Source: a virus (Duplodnaviria; Caudoviricetes). Taken from it: DNA of 42,650 bases. This document shows positions 7,772 to 17,300 of the stretch, in pieces. A model generated the notes under the pieces. It made no database searches and was not told the DNA's origin. It saw nothing but the letters and a program-made list of their open reading frames with translations. A program made the position numbers and the translations under genes. The stretch is from IMG/VR virus record IMGVR_UViG_3300025018_000039, positions 1-42,650 of that record; one strand, 5' to 3'. Numbering within the stretch: the first letter of the stretch is position 1; each line of letters opens with the position of its first letter.

Positions 7772-7812
7772 CAAGGGGCTAGAGGCTTTAAGTCTTTGGC
7801 CCCTTGTTCATT
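7772..7812 (+). terminator. Long hairpin, putative terminator or processing site
   Basis: CAAGGGGCTAGAGGC/GTCTTTGGCCCCTTG stem followed by TTCATT. Confidence 0.55.
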
Positions 7813-7828
7813 CTAAGAGGGCGGGAAT

Positions 7829-8110
7829 ATGAAGCGTGACGATAGATTAACAATAACTATACCATATCCTTCTGAAATTCCTAGAAGTCGTGGTATTCAC
7901 TCAACAAACTATAGTAGGTTAATAATTAAGGCAAGATGCACTTCAATAGAAAACGACCTACTTGATGCAGCAGTAGAAGCTACAGGTGTAGGCAAGAGTC
8001 AGTTTGTAAGATGGGCTGTTGTGTTTGTTGCTAGAGAGATTATGAGGTATCAAGATGACCCAACAACTGTCTATCCAGACTACTGCAAGGTTAATGGCAG
8101 TATTAAATAA
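7829..8110 (+). CDS. Ribbon-helix-helix DNA-binding protein
   Basis: IIKARCT..ENDLLDAAVEATGVGKSQFVRWAV resembles CopG/MobC RHH. Confidence 0.6.
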   Translation: MKRDDRLTITIPYPSEIPRSRGIHSTNYSRLIIKARCTSIENDLLDAAVEATGVGKSQFVRWAVVFVAREIMRYQDDPTTVYPDYCKVNGSIK

Positions 8111-8303
8111 CGCCGCTCGTTTCAATGACGAAGGTGTAATCACATGGGTTGGCCGCGCATTTCACGATGCAAAGCAGCTTGGCTACCTACGTGCTAAAGA
8201 TGTGGAACGGCTTGACCGGCTTGAAAGGACTTATTCTAATGGATTTTACAGCGATAGAGAAACAATTAACTTCCCTAACGGATTTGTTAGGATTTGCTCC
8301 TGA
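8055..8303 (+). CDS. Hypothetical protein
   Basis: GAGGT RBS; fills the gap before the helicase start at 8239. Confidence 0.5.
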   Translation: MTQQLSIQTTARLMAVLNNAARFNDEGVITWVGRAFHDAKQLGYLRAKDVERLDRLERTYSNGFYSDRETINFPNGFVRICS

Positions 8304-9558
8304 CCCACAACAGGTCCAAGCTATCCAGCTTTGTGTAGATATTGTTAAACGGCTCGTAAGTGTGACTGGTGCTGCTGGTACTGGTAAGACCACTATAATA
8401 CGAGCCGTTTATCATATGTTGAAAGATGCTGGTTTTGCTGTTGTACTGTGTGCTCCTACAGGTAAAGCTGCTAAACGTATTACACAAGCTACTGGTATTC
8501 CTGCAATGACGGTGCATCGTCTACTCGAATATACACATCCCGGCGAACCTGACGAAGCTACAGGTAAAGTGTTCAACTCTAGTTTCCCTCGTCGTACTGC
8601 TGCAAACCCTATAGAGTTTGATGTTGTCTTGTGCGATGAATACTCCATGATTAATGTAGAGTTGCATCGTAACTTGATTAATGCACTTCCTAGGGGTGGT
8701 GTGTTACGTATGTTTGGTGATAACAATCAGCTTCCACCTATTGAAACAGACAAGCGACTGCTTAATGAACCTTCTAGCTTCTTAACTATGTTAGACAAGT
8801 TCCCTGCTGTTATTCTTGATGTTGTTCATAGACAGGGTGCAGATAGTGGCATTCTAGGCAACCTGCAACAGATACTACGTGGTCGTATTCCTCGTGCCAA
8901 CGATCAGTGGCATATGCACTTTACAGATGGTCCTGTTGATGTAGTTAAAGACTTAATCTTTTCTGCTCTAGACCATGAAGTAGACTTCTGTGCTATTGAG
9001 AACCAGATCATTACTCCTACCAACAAGACTTGGGTTGGTACTGTAAAACTGAACCCTCTTATCCAAGGTTTGTTCCGTGATGCTATGGACCCTTGCCTTT
9101 ACATACCACGGCACAAGTGGATCGAGGGGATGGATGGTAAGAAGGGCGGTGTTATCCGTGTTTATCAAGGCGACAAGATTATCATTACTAGTAACAACTA
9201 CGACTTAGCTGTGTTCAATGGTGAGAGTGGTATCATTACAGAGATAGGTGCAGATGGCGAAGTAGTCATTGACTTTGGAGACAGAGAGCAAACTATTCCA
9301 CCTTCTATGGACGTACTGAACCGTTACGGTCGCATGGTGTCTGTTGATCCTAGACGAGACATTGATCTTGGTTATGTAATTACTACTCACAAGTCACAAG
9401 GTTCAGAGTACAAGAACGTAATCTACCTTATGAACAAGTCTTGTAGTTGGATGCTTAACAGACGCAACCTTTATACAGCGTGTAGCCGTGCTAAGGAAAA
9501 CTTGCATCTTGTAACAGATCAGAACAGTATTAGTTTGGCTGTTAATAAACAAGGATAG
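8239..9558 (+). CDS. RecD-like SF1B DNA helicase
   Basis: GAAGTGKTT, CAPTGKAAKR, DEYSM, GDNNQLPP, THKSQGSE, LYTACSRAK; GAAAGGAC RBS before ATG 8239. Confidence 0.93.
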   Translation: MDFTAIEKQLTSLTDLLGFAPDPQQVQAIQLCVDIVKRLVSVTGAAGTGKTTIIRAVYHMLKDAGFAVVLCAPTGKAAKRITQATGIPAMTVHRLLEYTHPGEPDEATGKVFNSSFPRRTAANPIEFDVVLCDEYSMINVELHRNLINALPRGGVLRMFGDNNQLPPIETDKRLLNEPSSFLTMLDKFPAVILDVVHRQGADSGILGNLQQILRGRIPRANDQWHMHFTDGPVDVVKDLIFSALDHEVDFCAIENQIITPTNKTWVGTVKLNPLIQGLFRDAMDPCLYIPRHKWIEGMDGKKGGVIRVYQGDKIIITSNNYDLAVFNGESGIITEIGADGEVVIDFGDREQTIPPSMDVLNRYGRMVSVDPRRDIDLGYVITTHKSQGSEYKNVIYLMNKSCSWMLNRRNLYTACSRAKENLHLVTDQNSISLAVNKQG

Positions 9559-9564
9559 GTCTAA

Positions 9565-10158
9565 ATGAACAAGAAAATAATTATCTTCAATGGTCCTTCC
9601 GATGTTGGTAAGTCTGTAGCCATGTCTGCTGTAAACAAACGACTAGCTGATAAAGGCTACCGTGCTGTACAACTAGACATGGCTGCCCCACTTAAAAAGG
9701 CTGTACATGCTTTAGTAGGTACTACAGATCATTGGGACAAGTACGATCACGGAGACGATAAGCCAAATAAAGACAAGGTACATCCTTTAATGTTTGGTCA
9801 CACACCTAGACAACTCTATGTTGAAATGAATGACTTTGCAGAATCTACACTAGGAGAACATGCGTTAGCACGTATCTTGTGTAATCAGTTTACCAACATG
9901 AAGATGGATATTGCGTTGATCCAGTGCGGTACTGTAGTAGAAACACAAGTTATTGTAGATGTGTTTGGTAAAGACAACGTGTTCATTCTAGAGATAGAAA
10001 GAGAAGGTTGTGACTTTGACGACTATAGAGTATATACAGCTTCTAGCGTAAAGTGTGAGTCTCGTAGAGTACCTAACATAGAAGGTGAACGTACATTATT
10101 CTATGAGTTTTGTATCGTAACCATAGCTAAGTTTTTAGGAGTTAATCTAGAGAAATGA
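9565..10158 (+). CDS. Deoxynucleoside monophosphate kinase-like P-loop protein
   Basis: IIFNGPSDVGKS, MAAPLKKAV, TPRQLY motifs. Confidence 0.75.
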   Translation: MNKKIIIFNGPSDVGKSVAMSAVNKRLADKGYRAVQLDMAAPLKKAVHALVGTTDHWDKYDHGDDKPNKDKVHPLMFGHTPRQLYVEMNDFAESTLGEHALARILCNQFTNMKMDIALIQCGTVVETQVIVDVFGKDNVFILEIEREGCDFDDYRVYTASSVKCESRRVPNIEGERTLFYEFCIVTIAKFLGVNLEK

Positions 10159-10334
10159 ACAAATTATCTGTACTAGCTTCAGAAGAGAAAGCTAAAATAA
10201 TTGAAAAGGCTTTTTTAGCAGGGTATCAAGCTGCCAAAGATGCAGGCCACATTTACTTTATGACAACAAGTTCAGAGAGTTTAGAAGAATATTTAGAGGA
10301 AGTAGCAGATGCAGAGAACAATACAAGAGATTAA
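10155..10334 (+). CDS. Small hypothetical protein (59 aa, not in ORF track)
   Basis: ATGA overlap; MNKLSVLASEEKAKIIEKAFLAGYQAAK...; fills the gap before the polymerase. Confidence 0.55.
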   Translation: MNKLSVLASEEKAKIIEKAFLAGYQAAKDAGHIYFMTTSSESLEEYLEEVADAENNTRD

Positions 10335-12783
10335 TGCTGAACTCAAAGAACGTGCTAAGAACTTCAATGTTCCTATAGAGTGTGGTTGTGATGGTGATAT
10401 ATTTGCAGAACTCGCTATCATAGGTGAGCATCCTGGAGAACGTGAACTGTCCCTACAGATGCCTTTCAGTGGTGGTTCGGGTAAGGTGTTGTGGACTGCA
10501 TTACATAAACATGGTATCACTAGACGCAACTGCTTCACTACCAATGTAGTCAAGAGGCATCTTGCAGGTTCAGGTAAGTACAAAGAGAAAGTAAAAGCTG
10601 GTGAGCAATCAATCTACCAGTCTTTGCTGCTTTGGGAACTGTCACAGATGACTAATCTCAAGTACATCTTGTGTCTTGGTAACGCTGCATTGCAAGCTGT
10701 CATGGGTATGAAGGGTATCCTTAACTACCGTGGTACTGTGTTCGACAAGACCCTTACATTTGGTAATCAAGATAACCGTAAGTGTGATGTTAAAGTAGCT
10801 GTGGCACTCAATCCTGCTGCTATACTCAGACAGCCTAAGCACCAACTCATGTTTGACTTTGACATGTGTAGACTTAAGACAGTTATAGATGGCAAGTTTG
10901 AAGTACATGACATTAAAGTTCATACCAATCCTACGTTTGATGAAGCTATGGCTTGGATCGACAAGATGGATCGTGAACAGTTGCTTACTTCATTCGACGT
11001 AGAGACTTCTTCTCAATCTGTAATCTGTTACGGCCTTGCTAACTCTATAGATGAAGCAATGTGTATCAATTTACGTGACCAAACTGGTAACAGGTTTACA
11101 CCTGAACAAGAACTAAAACTCTTGCTGCGATTGGAGAAGTTTCTATGCAGCCCGACTACCCGACTGGTAATGCAGAACGGCATGTACGATGCCAGCTACA
11201 GCTTATTCATGGAACGGATACGGTTAGAGGCGTACCATTTCGATACTATGTTAGCACATCATGCTTTATACCCTTCCCTTCCGCACAACCTAGGGTTCAT
11301 CACTTCACAGTATACTACCCAACCGTATTATAAAGACGAAGGTAAGTTGTGGAAGGAAACAGGAGACATAGATGCAGAGTGGATTTACAACGGTAAGGAT
11401 TGCTGCATAACTCTTGAAGCTGCACACGGTATGCACAAAGAACTAGTTGCTGCTGGTATGGATGACTTGTTCTACAATCACATCATGAAGATACAACCTG
11501 AACTGGTCAAGATGACTGTAGGTGGCGTGTTACTAGATGTAAACCGTAAAGCAGAGCTGTCACAGAAACTTGGTAAAGAGATAGAACAACTCAAAGCTTC
11601 GTTCCTAGAACAAGTACACACTCTTACAGAAGATCACGACTTCAATCCTAATCCTAATTCACCTAAGCAGATGGGAGACTTGTTCTTTACTCGTTTACGT
11701 ATGACAGGTAAAGGTGTATCTACAGATGTGAACAACCGTAAGTACATGAAGGATCATCCACGTACTACAGATGAGCAACGTAAGCTGCTAGATACTGTAG
11801 ACAAGCTTGCAGAAGTAAGTAAGTTTAAGTCAACTTATGTAGACATGCGACTTGATCCAGATAACAGGGCACGCAGTGAGTATAAACAGATGGGTGTTGT
11901 ATCTGCTCCTGGCCGCTTGTCATCTAGTGGTAATGGTTGGGGTACAGGAACAAACTTACAGAACCAACCAGATAAAGCACATGAAATGTTCATTGCAGAT
12001 GAAGGCTACGAGTTTAGTTACTTTGATCTTTCACAAGCAGAAGCAAGAGTTGTGGCATGGCTATATCCTATACCTAAGTGGATAGAAGAGTTTGAACTTG
12101 CACGTGCAGGTGGAGACTTTGACTGTCATAGATCGCTTGCTGCCTCCATGTACAACATGAACTACGAAGATGTACCTAAGTACGACATTGATCCAGAGAC
12201 AGGTAAACACACTATTAGATACATTTCTAAGCGTTGTCGCCACGGTCTTAATTATCGTATGATGGTGGCTAGACTTGCTGCAACGCTTAACATAAGTTAT
12301 AGTGAAGCTGAAACTATCTGGCATATCTACCACAAAACTACACCCGAGGTTAAGCTGTGGTGGGAAGCTACTGTCGATCGAGTACGTAGAGAAGGTAAGC
12401 TTGTCAACCCATTCGGTAGACGGTGGATACTATTAGAACGGTTCGATGAAGAAGCATTAGAAAGTATTGTAGCATTTGTACCACAGAGTACTATAGGTGA
12501 CAAGATTAACCAAGTCATCTACCAATGCCACAATGATCCTGACTGGCCTGTTGATGAAGCTAGGATCACTCTAAACATTCACGATGCTTTGATAGTACTA
12601 AACAAGAAGGAAGTAGGTGATGATGTAAGACAGATAATGAAGAAACATGCAGAGAGTCCTATAGTCATTAAAGGCTATGACAATGTAGAACGAGAGTTAA
12701 TCATTCCAGCAGACTTTAAGAAGTCAGTACCAGATGAATATGGTGTACATCGTTGGAGTAATATGGAAGGAATACAGATATGA
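10309..12783 (+). CDS. polA: Family A DNA polymerase with N-terminal family-4 UDG-like domain and 3'-5' exonuclease
   Basis: UDG-like GEHPG...PFSG.SG; Exo FDVET, NGMYD, YNGKD; GRLSS; motif A DLSQAEAR; motif B R-x3-K-x3-H-x3-Y; motif C IHDA. Confidence 0.92.
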   Translation: MQRTIQEINAELKERAKNFNVPIECGCDGDIFAELAIIGEHPGERELSLQMPFSGGSGKVLWTALHKHGITRRNCFTTNVVKRHLAGSGKYKEKVKAGEQSIYQSLLLWELSQMTNLKYILCLGNAALQAVMGMKGILNYRGTVFDKTLTFGNQDNRKCDVKVAVALNPAAILRQPKHQLMFDFDMCRLKTVIDGKFEVHDIKVHTNPTFDEAMAWIDKMDREQLLTSFDVETSSQSVICYGLANSIDEAMCINLRDQTGNRFTPEQELKLLLRLEKFLCSPTTRLVMQNGMYDASYSLFMERIRLEAYHFDTMLAHHALYPSLPHNLGFITSQYTTQPYYKDEGKLWKETGDIDAEWIYNGKDCCITLEAAHGMHKELVAAGMDDLFYNHIMKIQPELVKMTVGGVLLDVNRKAELSQKLGKEIEQLKASFLEQVHTLTEDHDFNPNPNSPKQMGDLFFTRLRMTGKGVSTDVNNRKYMKDHPRTTDEQRKLLDTVDKLAEVSKFKSTYVDMRLDPDNRARSEYKQMGVVSAPGRLSSSGNGWGTGTNLQNQPDKAHEMFIADEGYEFSYFDLSQAEARVVAWLYPIPKWIEEFELARAGGDFDCHRSLAASMYNMNYEDVPKYDIDPETGKHTIRYISKRCRHGLNYRMMVARLAATLNISYSEAETIWHIYHKTTPEVKLWWEATVDRVRREGKLVNPFGRRWILLERFDEEALESIVAFVPQSTIGDKINQVIYQCHNDPDWPVDEARITLNIHDALIVLNKKEVGDDVRQIMKKHAESPIVIKGYDNVERELIIPADFKKSVPDEYGVHRWSNMEGIQI

Positions 12784-13052
12784 CCCAATACATTAAATTC
12801 CCTTGTGAGATTGTAAACATCACAGATGACTATATAGACATAAAGTACCACGTTAACGATCCCAAGACAGGTGAAGTTGACTATGCTTACTTTGCTATAG
12901 GTCGCATCCCTCTATCTGATCTAGAGAAGAAGCCTGCTAAAACAGCTAAGTCAATCAGTGTAGAACATGCTACTATTACAGATATTGTAGCTAACTTTGA
13001 AGCTGGTAAACAATCTAGTCAGGAAGCTGATGAAGAAGAAATAGGGAAGTAA
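12780..13052 (+). CDS. Small beta-rich protein with acidic tail between polymerase and helicase
   Basis: ATGA overlap with polA; GGAAGGA RBS. Confidence 0.7.
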   Translation: MTQYIKFPCEIVNITDDYIDIKYHVNDPKTGEVDYAYFAIGRIPLSDLEKKPAKTAKSISVEHATITDIVANFEAGKQSSQEADEEEIGK

Positions 13053-13053
13053 C

Positions 13054-14328
13054 ATGGCTAGAGCCAAGTACAAAAGAATAGCTAAAGAGAACACCTTCTT
13101 AAGTGATTATATGGAGTACAATAATGAGACTGAAACGCCTTATGATTACGACTTTTGGACTGGTCTTTGGTTACTATCTTCTGTGCTTGGCCGCCATCTT
13201 TTTGTTGATAGACCTATGGCTCCAGTACGACTAAATATGTACTTGATCCTAGTAGCAGAAAGTGGTATTACTAGAAAGTCTACTAGTGTACGTAAGGCAG
13301 TTAAATTTGTACGTCCTTACTGTCCTAATGAGTTAATAGAAAGCAGCATCACACCTGAAAAGTTAGAAGCACAACTAGCTATGCAAACAGCAGAGAAAGA
13401 GTCCGATGGAAAAGAACCTAGCAGTACAGCAATCATTGCTATCGACGAACTCGTCAAGTTCCTTGGTAAAGAGCAGTACACAAGAGCCATGCCGTCGCTC
13501 CTCACTGATCTATATGACTCACCGGATGCACGATCAGGTGGAGGAACTATGGCCAGAGGCGTCACAAATATTAGGAACGTCTTTGTTAGTTTCCTTTCTG
13601 CTTCGACACCCTCATGGTTGTTGCGAACTGTTAATCCCGATGTTATCCAAGGGGGGTTTACTTCACGAGTGATGTTTGTAGTAAGTGAACGTCCTAAGAA
13701 GTCTGTTCCTTGGCCGGAGAAGCCTAATGAAGAACTATTTAACCGTATCAGCAGCACTCTTGAACGTATTAAAAGGCAAGCAGATAGCATGTCATGTATC
13801 ACAATCTCAAAAGCTGCTAGAAGTCGCTTCTCTACTTGGTATAAGCGTAGAGAACTTCGACGGGACACCTTTCGATCCAGTTGGCAATCCAGAGAGGACG
13901 GACACGTTCTTAAAGTTGCAGCGTTGCTCTGTATCAACGAAGAAGCATGGATCATACAAGATCATCATATCAGAAACGCAATTAAACTCGTTGACCAAAC
14001 CAAAGAGTGGGGTGCATCTATATTCGAGGGAACAGGATCATCCACTAAGGAGGTAATTGGTATAGACAAGTTAAGAGACAAGCTTATTGCTTTAGGTCAT
14101 AATGGTGCAACACAGACTGTACTGAACAGGGTTACAACACGCTACTTCAATGCAGAGTTTCTAGGTACAGTGCTAGAAGTCATGCACGAACTAGACATGG
14201 TGCAAAAGTTTGAAGGCGTTAAGTTGAATAAAGGTAAAGGTAGACCTACTACTATATGGAGAGCCACTAAGACATTAGTAGGTGCTACTGCATTAGATGA
14301 CATTATAGGTCATGTAACACCAGATTAA
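13054..14328 (+). CDS. DUF3987-like AAA+ (MCM-clade) helicase with C-terminal winged helix
   Basis: Walker A AESGITRKST, Walker B IAIDEL, ASTP sensor, GGFTSR arginine finger, GRPTTIW wing. Confidence 0.75.
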   Translation: MARAKYKRIAKENTFLSDYMEYNNETETPYDYDFWTGLWLLSSVLGRHLFVDRPMAPVRLNMYLILVAESGITRKSTSVRKAVKFVRPYCPNELIESSITPEKLEAQLAMQTAEKESDGKEPSSTAIIAIDELVKFLGKEQYTRAMPSLLTDLYDSPDARSGGGTMARGVTNIRNVFVSFLSASTPSWLLRTVNPDVIQGGFTSRVMFVVSERPKKSVPWPEKPNEELFNRISSTLERIKRQADSMSCITISKAARSRFSTWYKRRELRRDTFRSSWQSREDGHVLKVAALLCINEEAWIIQDHHIRNAIKLVDQTKEWGASIFEGTGSSTKEVIGIDKLRDKLIALGHNGATQTVLNRVTTRYFNAEFLGTVLEVMHELDMVQKFEGVKLNKGKGRPTTIWRATKTLVGATALDDIIGHVTPD

Positions 14329-17300
14329 GGCAATGGTGTCTTAGCAAGTTCTTCTAGATACTTAGGAGTAAGATTGTTAAACGTAAACCCATCACCTAAT
14401 GTTGGTCGTAGTTTGTTTTCTACATCTGCAATCAACATTCTCTTTGCTTCTATAACAGCCAGTCTCTTTACATTAATCTCATTAATAGCACGGTTACGTT
14501 CTTGAATGGTAGTAACTTTACTATTCTTTACATCTTGCATCTGTGCTGTGAGGTTGCTGTACTGCTTGTCCCACTTGTTCAGTTTAGTAGTAAGACCGTA
14601 AGTACTCTTCTCACCTAATACCTGTTGTCCTAACCAATCTAGTGCAGTTCCACTAAGATCAGGCAAGTCTTGCTCTACTACAGAAGGCATATTCTTATTC
14701 TTACCAGAAGCAGTACTTACACCTGTAAACCCTGCATCACGTATATTACGGTTAAACGAATTACGTAAGTTATCAAGAGCGTTCTGCTTGTCCTTAACAA
14801 TCTGGAAGTCAGGTCCGTAAATGCTGTGGTCCTGTGTAGCCTGTGGCATAAGCCCTTCTAGTGGACTGTTCATAGATGTAACTGCATCTAAGACTCTGCT
14901 CTGTCCAATACGCAGACCACCAGCCCAACTAGTAGGTTGTTTCCCTGTAAACTTATCAGGGTTTGTAGCACGGTGAATGTCATCTAGTATCATCATACCT
15001 GTTTCTGCACCCGCACCGATAGTACTAGATACTACGTTCTTCCAATAAGCTGTAAACATACTATCAGTCAATTCACCTTCACCTGCTAACGGGTTACGTT
15101 CACCAGCAGTACGTGGACTAACAGCTTCATCAAACATCATAGATGCAGGAAGGTCTACGTTAGCCAATGAAGCTACAGTGTTAGCAAGAGGAATAGCACT
15201 GCCATCACCAGTAGGTGCAAGCATAGTCAAACCAGATCGTGCGGCTTGTCCTACAGCAGCTTGTGCATTTTCTATGTTGCCTTCTGGAATATCATCTTCA
15301 AACCAGTCTATAATCAACTTAGCGAAGTTAGGATCAATCGTACCATCTGGAGCCATCATAAGCTGGTCTAGAGTATTAATAATAGGACCGATCATAACAC
15401 GCATAGAAGGATTAACTGGTATCTCTACCCCACCAAACGTAGTTATAGAAGTACCCTTCTGTGCAGGGTTGCGAGAGTCGTTCTTAGCAACAGCTTCTTC
15501 GTCTCCCATGACTAACGGAGCATAATGCAATGCTATAGCAGGGTACAAGATGCCAGCAGTCAAGTTAGTTAAGAACCCTACAGGATCAGCCTTCATCTTA
15601 GCAGCATAAGTGGCCGCTTCTTGTACAGCAATGTTGTGGTACAGTACTGTACTGTTTAGTTTAGTAGTTACAGTACCTTTACCACTCTGTGCAGGATCAG
15701 CTACAATTGCTCTAGCACGGCCCATAAGAGTTTTATAATCAGACACGTTCTTTACATTAGGCATGTTAGCAGCTACGTACTGTATACGTGTACCATCTTG
15801 TAGGTTGCGTAGTAGCATGTTATACGTTCTACCAATCGAACCTGCTTTCGCATAAACAAGTGGAACCTTGGAAGCTTTAAGCATTGTATCAAATGCGCCA
15901 GTAGCTTCTTTAACATCACGTAAGGCAATCTGCTTAGCTAGATCAGGTGCGATACCTTCTAGTCCAATGTCAACTTTGTGTTCCAATCCTGAACCAAGTC
16001 CACTAGCAGATGAAGCACCTTCTGCGTCAATCATCGCACGTATACTCATATCATAATGCTTCTGCAATACATCACGTAGTGCTATAGCACCTTTAGTATC
16101 TAGTGCATCTTTAATCACTCCACCCCTACGCATCATACCACTAGTCATAGCATTAGCCATTGCACCAGCTATATCAGCTTGTAAGCCACGTATACCACCT
16201 GTTAAGAAGGCAACGTGTGCAGATGGATCAAGAGCAGTTAGATCAACTCCTGCAACCTTTGTACCTATCCCCATCTTGTTGAATAGTTCACTAAACAGTC
16301 CAAGCTGTGTACCTGTAGGTCTAGCTACAATAGCTGTCTGACTGTCAAAGAATGGAGAGATAGCCATACGAAAGTAACCAGCTAAGTTACCCACACCAGT
16401 TGTAAAGGTTTGTTGCACACTTCGCATTGTGTTAAAAACTTCATCCACTTGTTTAGGAGAGAACTTCAATGCCTCGTACAAGTCACCTTGATTGATCTGC
16501 CAATACGTAACTTCACCATCACCACTATATGTAGCAATAGCCTTTTCTTTGTCTTTGACCTTAGATGCAGACTTTACAGGTAGTTTACGAATGATGGGAA
16601 TGTTGTTACCTAAACTGTCTTTAACAGTAAAACTGGGGTCAATCCTGCTTAAGAAGTCATGCCTAAACTTGTTCTCTTCTGCTGCCTTAACAGCTTTAGT
16701 TACCATAGTAGGGATGTATTCTATAGGAGAGAAAGCTTCGCCATCTTGTACACTAGAGTAATCTTCATTCTTACTGCGAGAATACAGACCTTCAATAGCA
16801 CCATCACCAGGAATTTCAGTGTTCTTAGCTTCTTTAGGTTCCAGCCCTTCTACAGTTGCGTTCTTCTTAAGAGGTGCGTAGTTAGGGCTCTCTGCTCTGA
16901 TCTTGTTGTAATCAGCAGTACTAATCATATTCATGTTATGCAAGTACTTTAACGTGTCAGCGTACACTCCTTGTGTACCTTCAAGATGCTGCTTAAGTTG
17001 TGGATCAGCTATAGCCAAGTTAACTCTAGCTTGCAACTCTGTTGTAGACTTTGTAGTAAATGCAGCACTGGCTTTGTACCCAACCTGTTTACGGTCATCT
17101 AATGCAGTTGCAGCAGTCAATGCGTCATTAAGCACTTGCTTCTGTTGTGGTGTAAGGTTCTTGCCATAGCTTTCCATCAGAGGACCAATAGGTCTTGCTC
17201 TCACTGAACTGTTAGGAAACTCACCTGTTTTTAACACATGTGAAGTCTTAGCACCAATAGCACCTGCATTGTTTACAAGGTTCTTAGTGGCAATAATCTC

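Noticed and set aside
8149-8238. N-terminal extension of the RecD ORF (likewise terL 34088-34189)
   Set aside because: Better RBS-supported starts at 8239 and 34087; the extensions overlap neighbouring genes.
13317-13955. 212-aa antisense ORF (and other opposite-strand ORFs in the track)
   Set aside because: In-register shadow of a motif-bearing gene; no RBS; Ser/Leu-rich composition.
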